Assembly: GCF_009914755.1 (NCBI RefSeq)
Contig: NC_060928.1
DNA length: 64,000 nucleotides
DNA from: the human T2T-CHM13v2.0 reference genome, Homo sapiens
Reading direction: 5' to 3' (one strand)
Translations under genes and position numbers: made by a program
Shown: positions 63,120-64,000 of the stretch, in pieces
Layout of the letters: each line of letters begins with the position of its first letter
Position numbering within the stretch: position 1 is the first letter of the stretch
Notes under the pieces: generated by a model
Told to the model about the DNA's origin: nothing
What the model saw: only the letters and a program-made list of their open reading frames with translations
Databases searched by the model: none

Positions 63120-63345
63120 TGTAGTAAAACATAAACTAAGTTCAAGTATTGCCTCTACCATAGATGTGTAATCTTGGACGATCTGGTAACCCTCCCTGCA
63201 CCTCCACTTCCTTACCTGTAAAGAGTTCCATGATAAAAGTATCTACTTCACATGTTGGGAGGTTTAAATGCAATAATTCATATGAAGCACTCACTCGCCT
63301 GCACTGTAAGAGCTCAACAAATATTAGCTACATTGTAATTATTAC
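63120..63345. mobile_element. MIR fragment
   Basis: TGTGTAATCTTGGAC...CTTCCTTACCTGTAAA...GTAAGAGCTCAACAAATATTAGCT. Confidence 0.65.
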
Positions 63346-64000
63346 TTTTACTTTGTTATTTAAGTTAAATTAGAATCTGTTGCATGCCAGGCACTGAAAT
63401 TTTACTGTGTGCTTGTCTAGTGAAATGTCCAACTTCCAATAGTACCATACTCACTGCCTACTGTAGACATGTAACTATATAAAGGAAATCAATCAGCCCC
63501 CCTCTGGTGTTAGGAAATATATCCATTTCTATAATCAGAATTCATAACCAATGTTATATATAAAACAAATGATGTATTTTTTGCTCCATGGTATGAAAGA
63601 TAGCTGTAACTTCTTAAGAAATGTACACATCACAAATATTCTGAGTAATTTCATCTTCCCAGGCTCCATAACAAAGTCACTCAATAGTTTGATATATCCT
63701 GGGAAGACAGCAGATATTTTGGGTTTTAGAAATAAAACATATCCCACACTGGCATCCATGGCTCCTGATTTAAGAAATCAAGGCTCTGGAACTGGGAACT
63801 CTTACCTGAAGATGTGATCGTGGCAATGATAATAAGAATAGTAACAGCAAATACATCTTGTTGTATATTACCGTAACCCTAACGCAACCCGTGAATTAAC
63901 TGAAGTTGTACCAGTAGGGAAATGAAGACAACAAAAAGTACACGGCCACCTTAAAGCCTCGACATTTGCTCTGATGAGCATCTAGCAGCTGACATGCTGT

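Overview
Primate DNA, almost certainly human given an AluYa5 and a dense Alu/L1/MIR landscape. The window holds one complete minus-strand protein-coding gene, ASB5 (ankyrin repeat and SOCS box 5). Seven GT-AG exons (56194-55999, 12430-12351, 9512-9405, 8692-8542, 8381-8247, 3367-3176, 2085-1958) join in frame to 990 nt, i.e. 329 aa plus TAA. The product has a hydrophobic N-terminus, ankyrin repeats and a C-terminal SOCS box. A TATA/CCAAT/E-box promoter lies near 56.3 kb and the AT-rich 3' UTR has several AATAAA signals. The long ORFs in the supplied track are artefacts of a 2.2-kb AT-rich minisatellite, Alus and L1s. The most interesting signal is in the 43.6-kb first intron: two short ATG-initiated, phase-1 segments (24510-24387 and 28590-28554) would each splice in frame to exon 2 and replace the hydrophobic N-terminus. 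The first has MEF2 and ETS motifs upstream. Together they suggest an alternative-promoter switch between membrane-anchored and soluble ASB5; either may already be annotated. Other oddities include a TSD-less chimeric AluYa5, a three-monomer Alu, an Alu with a fold-back insert, a 154-bp dispersed duplication and a MADE1/miR-548-like hairpin. Repeat subfamily calls and boundaries are by eye and approximate.
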